This document shows, piece by piece, positions 60,823 through 64,000 of a DNA stretch of 64,000 nt. A program made the position numbers and the translations under genes. The stretch's first letter is position 1, and every line of letters starts with the position of its first letter. A model generated the notes under the pieces. It worked only from the letters and a program-made list of their open reading frames with translations. It made no database searches and was not told where the DNA came from. Source of the stretch: an uncultured Aliarcobacter sp. (GTDB lineage Bacteria; Campylobacterota; Campylobacteria; Campylobacterales; Arcobacteraceae); NCBI GenBank assembly GCA_963677435.1, contig OY781945.1, positions 1,920,001 to 1,984,000 of the forward strand, given 5' to 3'.

Positions 60823-61471
60823 TTTTATATCCTACACCTTTGATATTTAAAATAGTATCTTTATCAAAAAGTTTTTTTATTTGATTTATATAAACTCTAA
60901 TTGACCCCTCACTATACTCTTGGCTTGTTGCCCAAAGTTTGGCAATAATCATCTCTTTTGTTACAATCTCACCTCTATTTTCAACAAAAAGTTCAAGTAA
61001 TTCAAGAACCTTTACAGGAAGATTCAAATCAACCTCATTTTCATAAACCCTTTTACTTGTTGGGTTAAAAATAAGAGAATCGGAAAGTCTTATTACATCA
61101 AATTGTTTTTTATTTCTTTTAAGAAGTGCTTTAATTCGTAAAAGTAACTCATCCAAATCAGCTGGTTTTTTTAAATAATCATCACAGCCATTTAAAAATG
61201 CAGTTTGTAAAGTATCTTTATCTTTGTAAGAAGTTAAAAAAATTGAAGGAGTATTATCCCCAGAGTTTCGCAACTGCACAAGTAAATCCAAACCATTAAT
61301 TTTAGGTACATTAATATCTAAAAGATACAAGTCATAATTTTTTTTAAAATTTAATTCTAAACACTCTTCACCATCACTTGCAATATCAACTTCAAAACCC
61401 TCATCGCTCAAAAAATCTTCAACCGTAGAGGCGAAAAGTTCATCATCTTCTAAAACTAAAATTTTGTACAA
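60812..61471 (-). CDS. OmpR-family response regulator
   Basis: LEDD, LDINVP, DDYLKKP, SIRVYINQIKK, KGVGYK. Confidence 0.92.
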   Translation of the reverse strand: MYKILVLEDDELFASTVEDFLSDEGFEVDIASDGEECLELNFKKNYDLYLLDINVPKINGLDLLVQLRNSGDNTPSIFLTSYKDKDTLQTAFLNGCDDYLKKPADLDELLLRIKALLKRNKKQFDVIRLSDSLIFNPTSKRVYENEVDLNLPVKVLELLELFVENRGEIVTKEMIIAKLWATSQEYSEGSIRVYINQIKKLFDKDTILNIKGVGYKIEF

Positions 61472-61605
61472 ATTTAATCCTTACACAACAACTATATTCA
61501 TTATATTTACTTTTTGTTAAATAATTGATAATTTGAAATAAAATATCTACCAAAGATATTCTAATTACGATAAAATAATTTAAGAATTTATGAAAAAGAG
61601 TTAAC

Positions 61606-63714
61606 ATGTTAAATAATATTTCAATAAAAACGAAATTAATTGGTTTATCAGTGATTGTGTCATTATCATTTTTATTGATATTATTAATTGAACTTATATC
61701 TATAAATAAAATAGATAATATTTCAATTATAAGTAGTAATATTAAAAATATGGAAATTCAATTATTAGAATTGAGGAAAAATGAAAAAGATTTTCTTGCA
61801 AGAAAAGATTTAAAATACTTAGATAATTTCAATAAAAATGTACAAAATATTGAAAGAATGAAAAATATCTTAGATAATGAGTTTATTAAATCAGACATTG
61901 ATCAAACAGAATTAAATAACTATAAAAAAGTTATTGATGAATATTCAGATATTTTTTCAAATATTGTAAAATTACAAGAAAAAATTGGTTTAAATCCAGA
62001 AGATGGTTTATATGGCGCATTAAGAGATAGTGTTCATTTAGTTCAAGAATTTGCAAAAAAATCAAATGACAACAATTTATTAGCAATAGTTTATGATTTA
62101 AGAAAACAAGAAAAAGATTTTATGCTTAGACTTGATTTACAGTATGTTGAGAAATTTAATAAAATCATTACAAAACTAGAAAATGATGAAAAATATAAAG
62201 ATTTAAATAAAATCATTGTTGATTATAGAACAAATTTTTTAAACCTTGTTCAATCTGAAAAAGAAAAAGGTTTAAATGAAGATTCTGGATTAATGAAAAG
62301 TATGAGAGATGTAGTTCATAAATCAAATAAATCTTTAGAAAATTTAACAACTGTGATAAATGATAAAACTGAAAAATTACATCAAAAAATTGAGATTTTT
62401 TCATATATTTTTATCACTTTTATTGCTATTTTTATAATTATTGCACTTTTATATATAAGTAGAATAGTAAATAAATCTTTATCTTCTTTCCAAAAAGAGT
62501 TGAGTCAATTTTTTGCTTTTTTAAATAATGAAACTACAAATATAAATCTTTTAGATGATAAAAACAATGATGAGTTTGGAAATATGTCTAAAATCATAAA
62601 TGCAAATATTATCAAAGTTCAAGGAAATATTAAAAAAGACAAAGCCCTAATTGATGATGCAACAAAAGTTGCAAACGATATAAAAGATGGTCATTTAAGT
62701 AGTAGAATACTCAAAGATTCCAACTCAAATGAACTAAATGAACTTAAAAATGTAATTAATCAAATGCTTGAAAACTTAAATGTTAATATAAATAATATTT
62801 TGAATGTTCTTAAAAATTTTGCATTACATGACTATACAAAAAGAGTTGATACAAAATTAGTGCAAGGAGATATTCTTTCACTTTGTGAAAATATAAATAT
62901 TGTTGGTAATACTATTACTAAAATGCTAGTTGATAGTAAAGGAATAGGTTTAAAATTACAAGATAATGCCCATATCTTAGTTGATAATGTAAAAGTTCTA
63001 ACACAAAATGCAAATACAACTGCTGCTTCACTTGAAGAGACAGCAGCAGCAGTTGAAGAGATAACAGCAACTATTGCAAAAAATAGTCAAAATATTAATG
63101 AAATGACTCAATATGCACAAAATGTAATTGTTGCTGCAAAAACTGGTGAAGATTTAGCAACTAAAACTACAATAGCAATGGATGAAATAAATGCTCAGGT
63201 TATCTCAATAAATGAATCAATTACATTAATTGATCAAATTGCCTTTCAAACAAATATTCTTTCTTTAAATGCAGCAGTAGAAGCGGCAACTGCTGGAGAA
63301 GCAGGCAAAGGATTTGCAGTAGTTGCAGCAGAAGTGCGAAATCTAGCTTCAAGAAGTGCTGAAGTTGCAAGGGAGATTAAAACTCTTGTGGGGAATGCTA
63401 CAAGTAAGGCAAATGATGGTAAAGGTATTGCTACAGATATGATAAATGGTTATACTTCACTAAATAAAAATATTCAAAGTACAGTGACTTTAATAAATAG
63501 TGTTTCAGGTGCTTCACAAGAACAACGAATTGGTATTGAACAAATAAATGATTCAATTACACAACTAGATCAACAAACTCAACAAATTGCTATGATTTCT
63601 GCTACTACGCAAGAAATTGCAGAACAAACAAATACTATTGCAATACAAATTGTAGAAAATAGTGATAAAAAAGAGTTTGAGGGCAAACATAGTATTAAGG
63701 CTAATCTTTCATAA
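61606..63714 (+). CDS. Methyl-accepting chemotaxis protein (duplicated helical/HBM-like sensor)
   Basis: Two TMs, repeated LRK.EKDF motif, MCP signalling hairpin. Confidence 0.95.
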   Translation: MLNNISIKTKLIGLSVIVSLSFLLILLIELISINKIDNISIISSNIKNMEIQLLELRKNEKDFLARKDLKYLDNFNKNVQNIERMKNILDNEFIKSDIDQTELNNYKKVIDEYSDIFSNIVKLQEKIGLNPEDGLYGALRDSVHLVQEFAKKSNDNNLLAIVYDLRKQEKDFMLRLDLQYVEKFNKIITKLENDEKYKDLNKIIVDYRTNFLNLVQSEKEKGLNEDSGLMKSMRDVVHKSNKSLENLTTVINDKTEKLHQKIEIFSYIFITFIAIFIIIALLYISRIVNKSLSSFQKELSQFFAFLNNETTNINLLDDKNNDEFGNMSKIINANIIKVQGNIKKDKALIDDATKVANDIKDGHLSSRILKDSNSNELNELKNVINQMLENLNVNINNILNVLKNFALHDYTKRVDTKLVQGDILSLCENINIVGNTITKMLVDSKGIGLKLQDNAHILVDNVKVLTQNANTTAASLEETAAAVEEITATIAKNSQNINEMTQYAQNVIVAAKTGEDLATKTTIAMDEINAQVISINESITLIDQIAFQTNILSLNAAVEAATAGEAGKGFAVVAAEVRNLASRSAEVAREIKTLVGNATSKANDGKGIATDMINGYTSLNKNIQSTVTLINSVSGASQEQRIGIEQINDSITQLDQQTQQIAMISATTQEIAEQTNTIAIQIVENSDKKEFEGKHSIKANLS

Positions 63715-63780
63715 AAAAGATTATAGATATTAATATTAATTTGCTACAATAAAATTATAAAATGATTTTTAGGATGTATT

Positions 63781-64000
63781 GTGGCAAAAAAAATAGTTCT
63801 ACCTATTGGCTTTCTTATTCTTGCATATATTGTAATTTCACAAGAGAACTTCACAGTAATTTTAAGTGGAATTGCAATTTTCTTAATTGGTATGTTTTTT
63901 ATGCAAGATGGTTTCAAACTACTATCTGGTGGGATTTTAGAAAAACTACTTCAAAAATTCACAAGTAATACTTTTTATGCAATCTTAACTGGATTTTTTT
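63781..64000 (+). CDS. Na/Pi cotransporter family protein (partial, runs off window end)
   Basis: Manual translation from GTG with AGGA RBS: ...GIAIFLIGMFFMQDGFKLLSGGILEKLL...LTGF. Confidence 0.7.
   Translation, partial: MAKKIVLPIGFLILAYIVISQENFTVILSGIAIFLIGMFFMQDGFKLLSGGILEKLLQKFTSNTFYAILTGFF

Noticed and set aside
43500..63370. Near-identical DNA shared by the two MCP genes (about 43510-43650 and 63230-63370)
   Set aside because: Explained by the highly conserved MCP signalling hairpin; not a mobile repeat
1809..63968. Short antisense or overlapping ORFs in the track (e.g. 1809..2111, 36602..37057, 53096..53458, 57960..58277, 63762..63968)
   Set aside because: Shadow frames of well-supported genes, with no motifs. 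63762..63968 is out of frame with the real Na/Pi transporter start at 63781.
1..64000. CRISPR array, tRNA/rRNA genes, IS elements, integrase
   Set aside because: No regularly spaced repeats, cloverleafs, rRNA-like segments or transposase/integrase ORFs were recognised by eye

Overview
AT-rich chromosomal window, most likely from an Arcobacteraceae (Campylobacterota) bacterium. This is inferred from gene content, the 6S RNA upstream of purD and the low GC. Most genes are on the minus strand. The backbone holds a chemotaxis operon (cheY-cheA-cheR-cheD-cheB), pnp, lptD, purD, 6S RNA, hemD, SulP, der, hpf, ftsK, lpxD, ilvB/ilvN, TonB-dependent uptake and c-di-GMP genes, two MCPs and rlmF. Two accessory regions stand out. 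(1) At 47.1-54.6 kb a tightly packed minus-strand operon encodes SbcD, SbcC, an OLD/GajA-like ATPase-Toprim nuclease and a non-retron UG/Abi-like reverse transcriptase. It is followed by two tandem promoter-plus-hairpin small-RNA candidates and is a candidate undescribed RT-based defence system. (2) At 16.2-26.6 kb an island encodes an OmpR-type two-component system, divergent acidic flgD-flgE-flgL-flgK-fliD homologues with no flagellin, and a 5-EF-hand protein. Four of its promoters share one motif: direct repeats with an 11-bp period, exactly 10 bp upstream of a -10 box. All family assignments come from motif recognition by eye; no database searches were run.
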